A DNA stretch of 64,000 nucleotides from a virus (IMGVR_UViG_2744054526_000001:16391-80390); one strand, 5' to 3'; counted from the first letter of the stretch, positions 20,445 through 30,263 are shown. The notes: generated from the letters alone by a model not told the origin. Numbers and translations: made by a program.

Positions 20445-21641
20445 ATGGCCCTCAATTTGGACACACTCGGCTTATCGGCAACGGTAACAGCTGAGGGGAT
20501 CAGTGCGCCTGATTACCAGACGATACTCGATACTCTGACGAGCTATTTCCAGCAGATTTACGGCAGTGATGCTTATCTGGAGCCAGACAGCAAAGACGGC
20601 CAGATGGTGGCTATATATGCTCTGGCTATTCACGATGCCAACAATACAGCTATAGCGGTCTATAACTCCTTTTCTCCGTCAACAGGTATCGGTCGCGCAC
20701 TTTCAAGCAACGTAAAAATCAACGGTATTGTCAGGAAGGGAGCCACCAACTCAACTTCAGATCTTGTTCTGGAAGGTGAGCCCGGAACGCTCATCACTGC
20801 AGGCATGGTGCGAGATGAAAATGGGAAACTATGGGCTCTACCAACAAACATCAATATTCCGCCATCGGAGACCGTGACCGTAACCGCTACGTGTACGACA
20901 CCCGGAGCCGTTGCTGCGCTGGCTGGCACCATCAGGAACATTGCAACCCCTACCCGCGGCTGGCGAACGGCCACCAACCCGGCAGCGGCCACGCTCGGGC
21001 AACCCGGGGAAAACGATCCGCAGCTACGTGTCAGGCAGTCAAGAAGCACAGCATTACCTTCCAAGACGACCATTGATGGGATGGATGGGTCTTTGCTGGA
21101 TATTTCCGGTGTAACACGTGTACGTATTTACGAGAACGACACGGACACCACTGACAGCAATGGTCTGCCACAACACTCGATATGTGCAGTGGTGGAAGGC
21201 GGCGACGCTACTGAAATAGCCACTGTCCTGTCTAAGAAGAAGGACCAGGGGACTTTCACCTTTGGTACTACCGCCGTCGACATCACCGGAAAGTACGGTG
21301 AACCGAAAACAATCAGGTTCAGCAGGCCAACAATCGTCAACATATTTGTTGATATTGAACTGACCACTTACCCGGGCTATACATCGCAGATTGCAGATCA
21401 GATGAAGGTGGAGATTGCAAAGTACATCAACAGTCTTGGTATTGGCGAGAATGTACTCATCAGCCGGATTTATTCACCTGCCAACCTCGGGGTAATGAGT
21501 GGAGGGGCCAGCCGTTATTACGATATCACCTCACTGAAAATTGGTAAGACGGCCAACGGGGTAAGTGCGGCGAACGTGGACATTCTGTTTAACGAAGCCG
21601 CTGCTGGGGAAGTTGCCAACATTAAGGTGACACCGGTATGA
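20445..21641 (+). CDS. Baseplate J-like protein
   Basis: DSKDGQ, END.QLR.RQ, HSI.AVVEGG motifs. Confidence 0.88.
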   Translation: MALNLDTLGLSATVTAEGISAPDYQTILDTLTSYFQQIYGSDAYLEPDSKDGQMVAIYALAIHDANNTAIAVYNSFSPSTGIGRALSSNVKINGIVRKGATNSTSDLVLEGEPGTLITAGMVRDENGKLWALPTNINIPPSETVTVTATCTTPGAVAALAGTIRNIATPTRGWRTATNPAAATLGQPGENDPQLRVRQSRSTALPSKTTIDGMDGSLLDISGVTRVRIYENDTDTTDSNGLPQHSICAVVEGGDATEIATVLSKKKDQGTFTFGTTAVDITGKYGEPKTIRFSRPTIVNIFVDIELTTYPGYTSQIADQMKVEIAKYINSLGIGENVLISRIYSPANLGVMSGGASRYYDITSLKIGKTANGVSAANVDILFNEAAAGEVANIKVTPV

Positions 21642-22294
21642 GCAAATACACGGAAAGAATAACGAATTACCACGCTACTAAGCCTCTTTTTGAACAACAC
21701 GTTGACCTGATAACCCGGCCATTAACCGACATCGTAAAATCACAGGAAAGCTTTATAGCTGCGTTTGACCTCGATCGGGCCGTGGGTGTGCAGCTCGACG
21801 TCGTTGGGGAATGGGTGGGGCGTGGCAGAACAGTGAGCGTACCTATCGCGGACGTCTATTTCTCCTGGGACACTGAAGGGCTTGGATGGGATCAAGGTAG
21901 CTGGCAAGGGCCATTCGACCCTGATACGGGTTTCACCCGTCTGAGTGACGATACGTACCGTGTGGTACTGAAAGCGCAAATCGCGATTAACACCTGGGAT
22001 GGCACGATCGGCCATCTTGAGGACATTCTCGAAACCATCTTTGCCGGTTCCGGAATAGAAATGCAGATCATCGACAACCAGGACATGAGCATCACGATAA
22101 ATGCTATCGCCATTAATGGAATAGCAAACACATCGGCTGAGCTTATTTCCGTTATCAAAGCAGGCGAGCTGAATATCAAAGCCGGTGGCGTGAGAGTTAA
22201 AAACCTCAATGTCATTGATCCCGCTCGTCCTCTATTCGGTTTTGACACACAGAGTATCGCTATAGCCGGTTATGACGCCGGATACTGGAGCTAA
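21638..22294 (+). CDS. Baseplate protein (DUF2612-like, gpI analogue)
   Basis: FDLD.AVGVQLD.VGEWVG, LSDDTYR..LKA.I..N.WDGT. Confidence 0.85.
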   Translation: MSKYTERITNYHATKPLFEQHVDLITRPLTDIVKSQESFIAAFDLDRAVGVQLDVVGEWVGRGRTVSVPIADVYFSWDTEGLGWDQGSWQGPFDPDTGFTRLSDDTYRVVLKAQIAINTWDGTIGHLEDILETIFAGSGIEMQIIDNQDMSITINAIAINGIANTSAELISVIKAGELNIKAGGVRVKNLNVIDPARPLFGFDTQSIAIAGYDAGYWS

Positions 22295-22297
22295 TAA

Positions 22298-23662
22298 ATG
22301 GCAAAAAACGAGTTTAAACCCTTCTCCACTGCGGGCGGGGCTAACGTTATTTCACAGGCTGACTATGAGGTCTTGGCAGCCCTGTCAACCGGATTCACCT
22401 CAGGAGTGGCAAAGGCTAACGAAATTAACAAAGTCCTGCGGCAGGCATCTTTCGTTGCAGCTGCACTCGCTCAGTTTATCAGTGACAAAACCAATAGTAA
22501 TGTACTGGACGATGGCAGTCTGTCTGGGTTTGAAACGAAACTGATTGCAGCCCTTAATGCACTTTCACAGCCGCTGGATGCCACGCTTACAGCGCTCGCC
22601 GGGTTGCAAACTGGCCCTAATAAAGTCCCCTATTTTACGGACGCGGATATTGCGGCACTGACAGACCTGACTGTAGTGGGGAGAAATATTATAGGAAAAG
22701 GGTCTGTCAGCGAGGTAGTGCAATATCTCGGATTACAAAATGCCCTGGTTAAGGGTTCTTATGGGTTAGGGTCACGGGATAGCCAGAGCGCGGCCAGCAA
22801 AGAGCATGTTGGTAGTTTTTTCTACGAGCCCTTTCAGCCTGGCACCCTTTATCCAGATAGTGTTGTTGCCATCGAATCCGCAGGCCCCACAACTCAGGAG
22901 TGGGGGCAGTTTGCGGTTTCCTATGGTGCTGCTATTCGAGTTTTTGCTGCTCACAAATCATATTCAGGTCAGCCTGAAACGACGGAGCTTTACCATGACC
23001 AAAGGAAACCAACGGCCAGTGATGTAGGGGCATATCCTTTAACTGGTGGCATTCTTAACGGCAATATGTCCGCTACGGGCAGCGTAACATCTGGGGCCGG
23101 GAAAGATATTTCATCAGCTCAGGATTTATGGGCAGGAAGAGATATCTATGCTCACCGAAATTTAAGCGTGACCTCCATTGCCTCAGTCGGTTCTGATTTG
23201 ACTGTTGGAGGCAGCGTTGGTGTTACGGGAAACGTCGATGCTGGTGGCTTTGTTCGCTCAGGTGCTGGTAAGGATGTGGTATCACAAAATGATATCTGGG
23301 CATCTCGAAATATTTATGAAAATGGCCAGCGTGTCTATAGCCCAAACAACCCACCGCCTAATAAATTCAGCAAATCGCTGAATACCATTTCATGGGAAAA
23401 AAACCTTGAAACGGGTGTAATTCGACAATGGGGATATGTTGCTGTTAGCGATAATGATTTTGTCAGCGTAAACTTACCGCTAGCGTTTCCTTCTTCCTTC
23501 TTGTGTCTTAACGTTACTCCAAGTGCAGCAGGACGGATTGCGGGTGAGTATGTTCTATCCGCGCATGGGCAAATCACCAGCAACACTACATTTGGTGTTG
23601 GGCTGTCTGCTAATTTTCAGGGTAGTTATACGGGCGTGTATTTCGAGGCAATAGGAGTTTAA
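22298..23662 (+). CDS. Tail fibre protein
   Basis: NKVLRQAS N-terminal module, QPLDATLTALAGL, KPTASDVGA, IRQWG distal module. Confidence 0.9.
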   Translation: MAKNEFKPFSTAGGANVISQADYEVLAALSTGFTSGVAKANEINKVLRQASFVAAALAQFISDKTNSNVLDDGSLSGFETKLIAALNALSQPLDATLTALAGLQTGPNKVPYFTDADIAALTDLTVVGRNIIGKGSVSEVVQYLGLQNALVKGSYGLGSRDSQSAASKEHVGSFFYEPFQPGTLYPDSVVAIESAGPTTQEWGQFAVSYGAAIRVFAAHKSYSGQPETTELYHDQRKPTASDVGAYPLTGGILNGNMSATGSVTSGAGKDISSAQDLWAGRDIYAHRNLSVTSIASVGSDLTVGGSVGVTGNVDAGGFVRSGAGKDVVSQNDIWASRNIYENGQRVYSPNNPPPNKFSKSLNTISWEKNLETGVIRQWGYVAVSDNDFVSVNLPLAFPSSFLCLNVTPSAAGRIAGEYVLSAHGQITSNTTFGVGLSANFQGSYTGVYFEAIGV

Positions 23663-23663
23663 T

Positions 23664-24137
23664 ATGGCGATTTATAATAAAGATACAAAACAGTATTCCA
23701 TTAGTGGTTATAACAATTATGCATGGTCAGCTTCAAAAAATGTTTTCTACCTTATTACTGACTTGATTACATATGTCAGAGCGGGGAACTGGCCTAGTGA
23801 TGCTGTAGAGGTATCAGACGATGTATTTAACGAGTTTGCTGCCTTCCAGAATGAAAACGGGATGATCAGAGGTGTCGGTAGTGATGGTCTTCCTGCATGG
23901 GTGACGCCACCTGAACCTTCAAAGGAACTGCTGATACGAAATGCAGAAGCTAATCGTAATACGCTTACTGCAAAAGCTAGCCTTGAAATTGATATGTTGA
24001 TGGATGCAGAGTCTGATGGAACAATTACCGATGATGAAAGAAAATTACTGGCAAAATGGAAAACTTATCGCCTTTCATTACGTCGACTTGATTTAACAAC
24101 GGCACCGGACATCGACTGGCCTGAAATCCCCGTCTGA
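23664..24137 (+). CDS. Tail fibre assembly chaperone (Tfa-like)
   Basis: WPSDAVEVSD and WKTYR..L.R.D...APDIDWPE motifs. Confidence 0.9.
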   Translation: MAIYNKDTKQYSISGYNNYAWSASKNVFYLITDLITYVRAGNWPSDAVEVSDDVFNEFAAFQNENGMIRGVGSDGLPAWVTPPEPSKELLIRNAEANRNTLTAKASLEIDMLMDAESDGTITDDERKLLAKWKTYRLSLRRLDLTTAPDIDWPEIPV

Positions 24138-24153
24138 TTAAGAATTCTTTGAT

Positions 24154-24182
24154 TGCAGGGGGAATTACTATAACCCCCTGCA
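24154..24182. terminator. Hairpin between convergent tfa and acyltransferase genes
   Basis: TGCAGGGGG...CCCCCTGCA inverted repeat. Confidence 0.55.
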
Positions 24183-24190
24183 TTTATTAC

Positions 24191-25282
24191 TTAACCAGAC
24201 ACCGCATGCTTTGCATTCTTTTTAAAAAAAGGTTTCTCGATATAATTATATGAAGCATATGCAAGAATGATTGAAATAAAGCAATACAAACCAAATTTCA
24301 ACCACCCGTTAGGAAATCCTATTTCAGTAAGGCGCTTGTCTAATCCTGAATTCATTAATGTGTGTATCAGGTAAAGAGAGTAAGAAATGTCACCTAAGAA
24401 TAGAGCGAATTTCGGAGTTTTGTTTTTAAAAAGATCTTCATTTATAGTTAAAGCTACAAAAAGGAATAGCATATACAAACCTCCCGATAATGGGCCGTGA
24501 GTAATGCTCTGTGAAAAATGGACACTGCTTATAGAACTTATCAACAATAAAATTCCAATTATTCTTCTGGCGAGTGCTGGGAAAATAATTATATGACTAT
24601 ATGCCTTTTGAAAAATAACACCATAAAGAAATAAAATAATTATGGGATTTGTTGCCAGATTAATGAATTTGTTATCTGACTCAATACCAATGTCACTTAA
24701 AGTTGGTGAGAAGCCAATCATTGCAGGAACGGCAAATACCATTGCTATAATGATTAAGGCTAAAGCAAAAGTTCTGTTTTTAATAAAAATAGATAATGAA
24801 ACAAGTAAGTAAAAATAAATTTCGTATATCAGTGACCATCTGATTCCGTACATACTTTCATTGTTTAGATAAAGCGGCCCGTTCTGAGATGTAACTGGTG
24901 TTAATGTGAATGCGCTAATCAAATTTTCTACTTTTTCTGAATAATGGAACGTACTCATTGCCCCACCAGTTATGAATGCAATAAATAACCAAAAATAATA
25001 TGCAGGCAGCACACGTTTCAGACGATGCTTAACAAATACAAAGCAACCATTAATGTCATAGTTTACCTTGCTAGTAGACATCGCTATGACGAATCCGCTA
25101 ATAATAAAAAATATATCTACACCAAGGTAACCATATTTCATTAAACTCTTACCTAGCCCATCATACGCAGAATCTAAAATCCAGCTAAAATGAAAAAGCA
25201 TTACTGTAACTGCTGCCAGACCGCGCATTGTATGCAGTGAATCGAGTCTGTTGTTTAGATTCCCCGCCAAACTATCTTTCAT
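24191..25282 (-). CDS. Acyltransferase-3 family membrane protein (Oac/OafA-like O-acetyltransferase)
   Basis: MRGLAA..V..FH, GVDIFFIISGF, R..RV.P, WSL.YE, GDISYSLYL.H, YIEKP; AT-rich and opposite strand. Confidence 0.9.
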   Translation of the reverse strand: MKDSLAGNLNNRLDSLHTMRGLAAVTVMLFHFSWILDSAYDGLGKSLMKYGYLGVDIFFIISGFVIAMSTSKVNYDINGCFVFVKHRLKRVLPAYYFWLFIAFITGGAMSTFHYSEKVENLISAFTLTPVTSQNGPLYLNNESMYGIRWSLIYEIYFYLLVSLSIFIKNRTFALALIIIAMVFAVPAMIGFSPTLSDIGIESDNKFINLATNPIIILFLYGVIFQKAYSHIIIFPALARRIIGILLLISSISSVHFSQSITHGPLSGGLYMLFLFVALTINEDLFKNKTPKFALFLGDISYSLYLIHTLMNSGLDKRLTEIGFPNGWLKFGLYCFISIILAYASYNYIEKPFFKKNAKHAVSG

Positions 25283-25432
25283 ATAATTTCTCTTGCTGAT
25301 TTGTTTGTTCTGGCTGAATTAGTGGAGCGTAAATATTTTAGATGCCGCAGTCCCGAGTATGCAAGAAATGACTGCGGCTGGCTGCCAAGTATTCATCGCG
25401 AGAAATCGAAGGGAGTGTTACCCGAGTAATAC

Positions 25433-25699
25433 TTAAAGTCCAACCTGGCGAACTGTCGGGAACTCGGAAACCAGCCACATATCGGCCTCTTCAAACATCT
25501 CCTCCAGCATGCGGTTCAGCTTTTCCCGATCGCTTTTACTGGCATCGCTATTCAAGCCATTCGCCTGCATCGGCTTCACCCTCACTTCGGCAGCAGGGAA
25601 AATCTGGTGCACTCGCTTCGTCAGCTCTGCCAGGATAATCTCTCTGGCTCCTGCCAGCCCTTCAACGTTACGTTTGTCATAAACCAGTTCGACGATCAT
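25433..25699 (-). CDS. DinI/MsgA-family protein
   Basis: MIVELVYDKRNVEGL...LEEMFEEADMWL; LexA box upstream. Confidence 0.88.
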   Translation of the reverse strand: MIVELVYDKRNVEGLAGAREIILAELTKRVHQIFPAAEVRVKPMQANGLNSDASKSDREKLNRMLEEMFEEADMWLVSEFPTVRQVGL

Positions 25700-25715
25700 G
25701 TCGCACCTCATTATA

Positions 25716-25731
25716 CTGTTTGAATGTACAG
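25716..25731. promoter_or_regulatory. LexA (SOS) box
   Basis: CTGT-TTGAATGT-ACAG just upstream of the dinI-like gene. Confidence 0.85.
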
Positions 25732-25906
25732 TATTAAAGGCGTAAAACCCTTTTCGGTCAAGGGGTGCTTACATCAAAGGCATGTGCCATTTTTGTGTCA
25801 CATATGGTAAGGCTGCATTCATCACCATGCATCATGTGCCGTTAAGTTATCTTTTGTGAATGCGGAAATGTGTATGTAAAACAGTTAGTTAAATGTGATT
25901 CTACTA

Positions 25907-25952
25907 ATTCGTAATGCGAAGGTCGTAGGTTCGACTCCTATTATCGGCACCA
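25907..25952 (+). repeat. att core: 3' 46 bp of tRNA-Thr(CGT), prophage attR
   Basis: ATTCGTAATGCGAAGGTCGTAGGTTCGACTCCTATTATCGGCACCA, the thrW core used by P22-type integrases; 5' half of the tRNA absent. Confidence 0.95.
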
Positions 25953-26009
25953 TCAAAATCAATTAGTTACGTTAAAAACTCTCTTTGCTTATATTATAAT
26001 TTTTTCGCG

Positions 26010-26052
26010 TGTAACTGTATGTGTAAGTGATTTTCATCGACCTACATCAACA
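26010..26052 (+). repeat. Integrase arm-type site, left copy
   Basis: TGTAAC-N5-GTGTAAGT-N15-ACATCAACA, same spacing as 51934-51976. Confidence 0.7.
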
Positions 26053-26277
26053 GTTGATATATGCAATTTCAGGTTGGCTCATTCCTGTCGATTTTTCACA
26101 TTGATGATAGGATGTTCATTAGTAGTGATATCAGAACGATTTTTTTGAAAAATACGTATTGTGAAGCTTTGGTTCTTAGCCTGTTTAGGTATGCCTGATT
26201 TTAAGATAGCCCTTCCCTGTACACTTCCATCTGTGGTGTAATCCCTTGTGATTTTAAGGTTTCTTTCGAGAGATAGC

Positions 26278-26937
26278 ATGGAATTATTCGAAAATTATTT
26301 GTCAACGTTACCTAAAAAAAAGCGATTGAGTGAAGTCAAGTTGACTATCCTGAAGAGATTATGGGGCTCGGATGATATTGATTTTCCTAAACCTTGGGTC
26401 TCATCAATAGAACTACTGGAACTGACAGGGCAAAAGTACTTCGATAGACGAACAAGAGAATTGCGAGATGAACTAGGCTGTGATCTCGAAAGCTCGTACA
26501 TTGCGGAGTTCTCGGGGCATGCTTGGCGGCTAAAATCAAATATGATTGCCCCACCAATGGAAAGGGAATACCTGACAGAATCACAACGATCTGGTTTATT
26601 TTCTAACCACAGCAACACATGTGCAACATGTGGTAAAACTGTTGCTGCTGGGGTCAGGGGGCTACAAGCGGATCACAAAATACCTTTGTCACGTGGTGGT
26701 GGAAATGAGTTAACCAATTGGCAAGCTCTTTGCCACAATTGCAACGTAGGTAAGAGAAGAGCATGTGAGGGATGCACTGATGATTGTTACACATGCTCAT
26801 GGGCATTCCCTGAAAAGTTCGGGATAACAACAATGCTCCATCTGCCAGAAGCTGCTTTAAGAAAAGCTCAGCAGCTAGCCGATGCAGATGGGATTTCATT
26901 AGACGAAATCGTTGCCTACGCAATACGCAAGCTCTGA
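26278..26937 (+). CDS. HNH endonuclease, putative restriction enzyme
   Basis: CATCG...DHKIPLSRGG.N...N.QALCHNCN; convergent with and overlapping the MTase. Confidence 0.85.
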   Translation: MELFENYLSTLPKKKRLSEVKLTILKRLWGSDDIDFPKPWVSSIELLELTGQKYFDRRTRELRDELGCDLESSYIAEFSGHAWRLKSNMIAPPMEREYLTESQRSGLFSNHSNTCATCGKTVAAGVRGLQADHKIPLSRGGGNELTNWQALCHNCNVGKRRACEGCTDDCYTCSWAFPEKFGITTMLHLPEAALRKAQQLADADGISLDEIVAYAIRKL

Positions 26938-27986
26938 ATATCATTTGACTCGAGTGGTAACGCCAACTGTTGTTTTTTCATGATGTCAACAGCTTCGAGT
27001 GCTTTACGGATTTGCCTTCCTGTTGCCTCGGCAACAGGGGGGGGGAAAGCGTTACCGACTTGACGATAAGCAGCTGTTTTTTTACCAGAGAATTTCCACC
27101 AGTCGGGGAAACCTTGGATTCGTGCAGCCATTCTTACAGTCAAACGAGGCATATTTTCAAAACCAGTCCGAATTTTTCCGTCTCTTCCAACATACCCGAT
27201 AAACCCCTTTTCAGGGCCATTATCCGCTATGGAATGTCCATTGACTCCAAGCGCTTGCCAGGATCTTTTGGCTCTTGTCGGGCCAAGATCTGGCCCACCA
27301 TGCTTATGGGAGCCGCCAACAAGTGTAGGAGCTATATTATCTGCTGCCTTTCTCCAGGCTTCAGCTCCTTCCCAACCTCCCATTGACATTAAGTCAAAGA
27401 GGGCATCACCCACAGTCGGCGGTATCAACGTTTCACTCGGCCAATGAAAATGAGCTGCATATTCACCACGCAATGCCACTAAAAGAACACGTGGGCGAAG
27501 CTGAGGAACTCCGTAATCAGAGGCATGATGAAGTTTCCAAAAGGTTTTATAGCCCATTGCAGAGAAAGCATGATCTAGTTCTTGCCGGTATTGCTTAAAC
27601 TTTGGGTCTAGTAAACCAGAAACATTTTCAATCATTACTGCTTTTGGCTTAATGGTGTTCACAATTTTGAGCGCCGTCGGAAACAAATCACGTTCATCAT
27701 CTTTGCCAAGTTGCTTCCCTGCTTTTGAGAATGGTGGGCAAGGAACTCCCCCTGCAACCAAATCAACATCAGAAAAACTATATGCAGTGTGTTCAGCAAA
27801 ATGCTTAACGCAACCTTCTACGATATCTCCCCAACCCAAAGAATGGAGCTCATTGTTGAGGCGAAGAGTTTCGCAGGCAGCTGGATCAATCTCGACTAGT
27901 GCGCGGTGAGCGAAGCCAGCGTTATGTAACCCTAAGGCTTGACCTCCTGCTCCTGCGCAAATCTCTACAGATGTATATTGTAACAT
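26916..27986 (-). CDS. C5-cytosine DNA methyltransferase (M.NgoMIV/M.NaeI-like)
   Basis: CAGAGG, GGVPCPPFS, ENV, QLRPRV, APTLVGGS.KHGGPDLGPTR, RQVGNA motifs. Confidence 0.93.
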   Translation of the reverse strand: MLQYTSVEICAGAGGQALGLHNAGFAHRALVEIDPAACETLRLNNELHSLGWGDIVEGCVKHFAEHTAYSFSDVDLVAGGVPCPPFSKAGKQLGKDDERDLFPTALKIVNTIKPKAVMIENVSGLLDPKFKQYRQELDHAFSAMGYKTFWKLHHASDYGVPQLRPRVLLVALRGEYAAHFHWPSETLIPPTVGDALFDLMSMGGWEGAEAWRKAADNIAPTLVGGSHKHGGPDLGPTRAKRSWQALGVNGHSIADNGPEKGFIGYVGRDGKIRTGFENMPRLTVRMAARIQGFPDWWKFSGKKTAAYRQVGNAFPPPVAEATGRQIRKALEAVDIMKKQQLALPLESNDIQSLRIA

Positions 27987-27996
27987 GCCATTAAAC

Positions 27997-28012
27997 CTGT
28001 ATATAAAAACAG
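27997..28012. promoter_or_regulatory. LexA (SOS) box upstream of the methyltransferase
   Basis: CTGT-ATATAAAA-ACAG, 10 bp from the start codon. Confidence 0.75.
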
Positions 28013-28385
28013 TTGTATATTTATCTGATCAGAGACCATTACGCAACTAATTGTACAAAACAAGCAGTACTACCGCCATTAAGCCGGTCAGCTTAGTTAC
28101 TTGATTACTGTATGACAAGGCAATCTACTACTTTGTTATGGAACCCTCAATTTATCAAATGAGTAGCATTTAATAGTGTTAGGGGCATCATCTTGATCAG
28201 AGCTTGTTGTCTAGTGCTGGCTGAGACAAACTGTCTCAGTTGATCACGAAAGGTCTTACTATCTGTTTACATGATATTTTGTCCGTAAGATGTATTGCGT
28301 CCACTGTAAGTAGCAGACGCATTATGCAAGGAGTAAATAAAGGAGAAATATTGGTGATGAAGATTGGGAATGCTGCTCGTAGAAT

Positions 28386-28727
28386 TCAGCGTTCTAGGTC
28401 ACTTCGGCTTTGTCGTAACAAGCCAGTTGCCTGTCGAGCTCGCAGAATATCAACGGCCCGAAGATAAGGTGATTGTTCTTGCCAACTAAACCCTCTGCGA
28501 TCGATACGAACCAGCTCGTACTTATCCACCAGAAAGTTAACGGCATCAGCCATCGTGATACCGGCATCAATGTGTTCCTGAATCACAGTTTCATCACTGA
28601 ACGGGGTGTCGTTCAGTGTCAGGCCATAGTGCTGTTCAAGCAGGCGTGTCAGTAACATTTTCCAGACAGCCACGGGCAACAGACAGGGCTTCGCCGCCCG
28701 CGAAATTGTAGCAGGTAGAGTTTTCAT
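28386..28727 (-). CDS. cbtA: CbtA/YkfI-family type IV toxin
   Basis: [15 protein letters not shown]...[16 protein letters not shown]. Confidence 0.92.
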   Translation of the reverse strand: MKTLPATISRAAKPCLLPVAVWKMLLTRLLEQHYGLTLNDTPFSDETVIQEHIDAGITMADAVNFLVDKYELVRIDRRGFSWQEQSPYLRAVDILRARQATGLLRQSRSDLER

Positions 28728-28747
28728 GCTTGCTCTCGTGAAATTAG

Positions 28748-29065
28748 TTAGCGTTGAGTGGGATAAACAGCGATGTATACGTAGCCGCAACTACCAAGAG
28801 TATCGGCTTCGCAGGTAAAATCGTTGTGGTACAGGATGACGCAGTAGGCATGACGGGGATTCAGTTCACCAGTGGTCAGCATCGACTCTATCAGGCTGAT
28901 AAAATGTGGAAATACCACATCCAGCTTAAGACATTCGGCGTCACTAAACTTACCGGTGATACTGGCCCGGTCAGCCAGATAGTGCAGCCGGTTGCCATCC
29001 TGCACCAGACGTGCTCCCAGGCGCGGCGTGATATCCCGCTGCAGGCCCCATGTAGTGTTGCTCAT
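28748..29065 (-). CDS. cbeA: CbeA/YafW-family antitoxin
   Basis: [27 protein letters not shown]...[15 protein letters not shown]. Confidence 0.92.
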   Translation of the reverse strand: MSNTTWGLQRDITPRLGARLVQDGNRLHYLADRASITGKFSDAECLKLDVVFPHFISLIESMLTTGELNPRHAYCVILYHNDFTCEADTLGSCGYVYIAVYPTQR

Positions 29066-29082
29066 TTATAACCTCTTTATTG

Positions 29083-29304
29083 TCAGTTCAGGGTGATACT
29101 CATCAGACAGGTATAAGGTCCGTTGCGGTCCTGGCGGCGTTCGGCGTATACCGCCAGCACGCCGGGAATGTCAGGAACTACCTTACCGGTGTAATGACAG
29201 ACGCTACCGTGCCACTGGTATCTGCCGGTGCAGTATCGAAAAATGCGGGAGGCCGGATGTTGACGGTAAATTGTCATCGCCCGGCGTTTACTGATAATTT
29301 TCAT
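29083..29304 (-). CDS. DUF987-family (YkfH/YeeT-like) protein
   Basis: MKIISKRRAMTIYRQHP...CLMSITLN. Confidence 0.85.
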   Translation of the reverse strand: MKIISKRRAMTIYRQHPASRIFRYCTGRYQWHGSVCHYTGKVVPDIPGVLAVYAERRQDRNGPYTCLMSITLN

Positions 29305-29312
29305 GTCATACC

Positions 29313-29789
29313 TCAAAGCAAACCATGTTCAGCGAATGAATAGATTTTCCTGCCACCGACAATCAGATGGTCAGGGATGCGGATGTCAACCAACTGAAGT
29401 ACCTGAACCAGTCGCTGCGTAAGGGCTTTGTCCGCCTGGCTGGGCGTCGTCTCGCCGGAAGGATGGTTATGCGCCAGTATTACCGCCGCCGCGTTGAAAT
29501 ACAGGGCGCGCTTGACCACCTCCCGGGGATGGACCTCGGTGCGGTTAATCGTGCCGCTAAAGAGCGTCTCATGGGCAATAAGCTGATTCTGGTTGTCCAG
29601 ATACAACACCCGGAACTCTTCCCGCTCAAGCGCGGCCATATGCAGTCGCAGCCATTCACGTACGGCGTGGGTGGAGGTGAAGGCTACCCCGGGCTCATGC
29701 AGATGCCGGTCCAGAATCCTGAGGGCGCGCTGGATGAGACGCCGGTCCTGTGGCGTTATCTCGCCGGGTAAAAAGGAAAGCTGTTTCAT
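29313..29789 (-). CDS. RadC-like JAB domain protein (YkfG/YeeS-like)
   Basis: EVHPREV, HNHPSG...PSQAD. Confidence 0.92.
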   Translation of the reverse strand: MKQLSFLPGEITPQDRRLIQRALRILDRHLHEPGVAFTSTHAVREWLRLHMAALEREEFRVLYLDNQNQLIAHETLFSGTINRTEVHPREVVKRALYFNAAAVILAHNHPSGETTPSQADKALTQRLVQVLQLVDIRIPDHLIVGGRKIYSFAEHGLL

Positions 29790-29804
29790 TCGTTGTACCT
29801 CCGG

Positions 29805-30263
29805 TCAGTCGATGATGCGCAGAATGGCGTAAGCTTCAGGATGCTGCAGGGCATAGTCCCGCAGGCGATAATAGTGTGCGTTCATTGCGTCACATTCTGT
29901 ACGACAGGCGTGATGGCTGTATTCAATCAGGCAGATAGCAATACCTGCGGCTTCTGCGCTCATTTCCGCACCATTGCCGTTCATGCCGTTGAGCAGATGC
30001 CATTTATCGTCACTGTCAGCATCAGGAGCCATAAACGCGCCGCCATTGCTGAGCGTGTAAAAGGACCAGATACCACCGCTGTACTCATCACAGAAGCGGT
30101 CCATCCAGGCGAAAATGCGGGGTTCCAGCGTTATCCATCGTGGGATAGAGCCAAAGTACTGCGGCCAGAAATCGAGACGCTGTTCGTCAGGTACTGGTGT
30201 TGCAGTAAGGGCAAATTGAGGTTCATTAGCGGGTACCAATTCGCATTGAGTTTGTGTCGTCAT
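29805..30263 (-). CDS. KlcA/ArdB-family antirestriction protein (YafX-like)
   Basis: Y.GGIW.FY.LSNGGAFMAP, YYRLRDYA..HPE. Confidence 0.9.
   Translation of the reverse strand: MTTQTQCELVPANEPQFALTATPVPDEQRLDFWPQYFGSIPRWITLEPRIFAWMDRFCDEYSGGIWSFYTLSNGGAFMAPDADSDDKWHLLNGMNGNGAEMSAEAAGIAICLIEYSHHACRTECDAMNAHYYRLRDYALQHPEAYAILRIID

Larger units (their letters stand above)
1..25952 (+). mobile_element. Temperate myovirus-like prophage, right part (lysis, head, contractile tail, morons) ending at attR
   Basis: Co-oriented lysis-terminase-portal-capsid-sheath-baseplate-fibre gene order ending in a 46-bp thrW 3' duplication. Confidence 0.95.

Noticed and set aside
22298-24137. Invertible tail-fibre cassette or diversity-generating retroelement
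   Set aside because: No invertase, inverted crossover sites, reverse transcriptase or template/variable repeat pair seen.
25907-25952. Functional tRNA-Thr gene
   Set aside because: Only the anticodon loop to CCA is present; upstream bases do not form the D arm or acceptor 5' strand. The same holds at 52079-52127.
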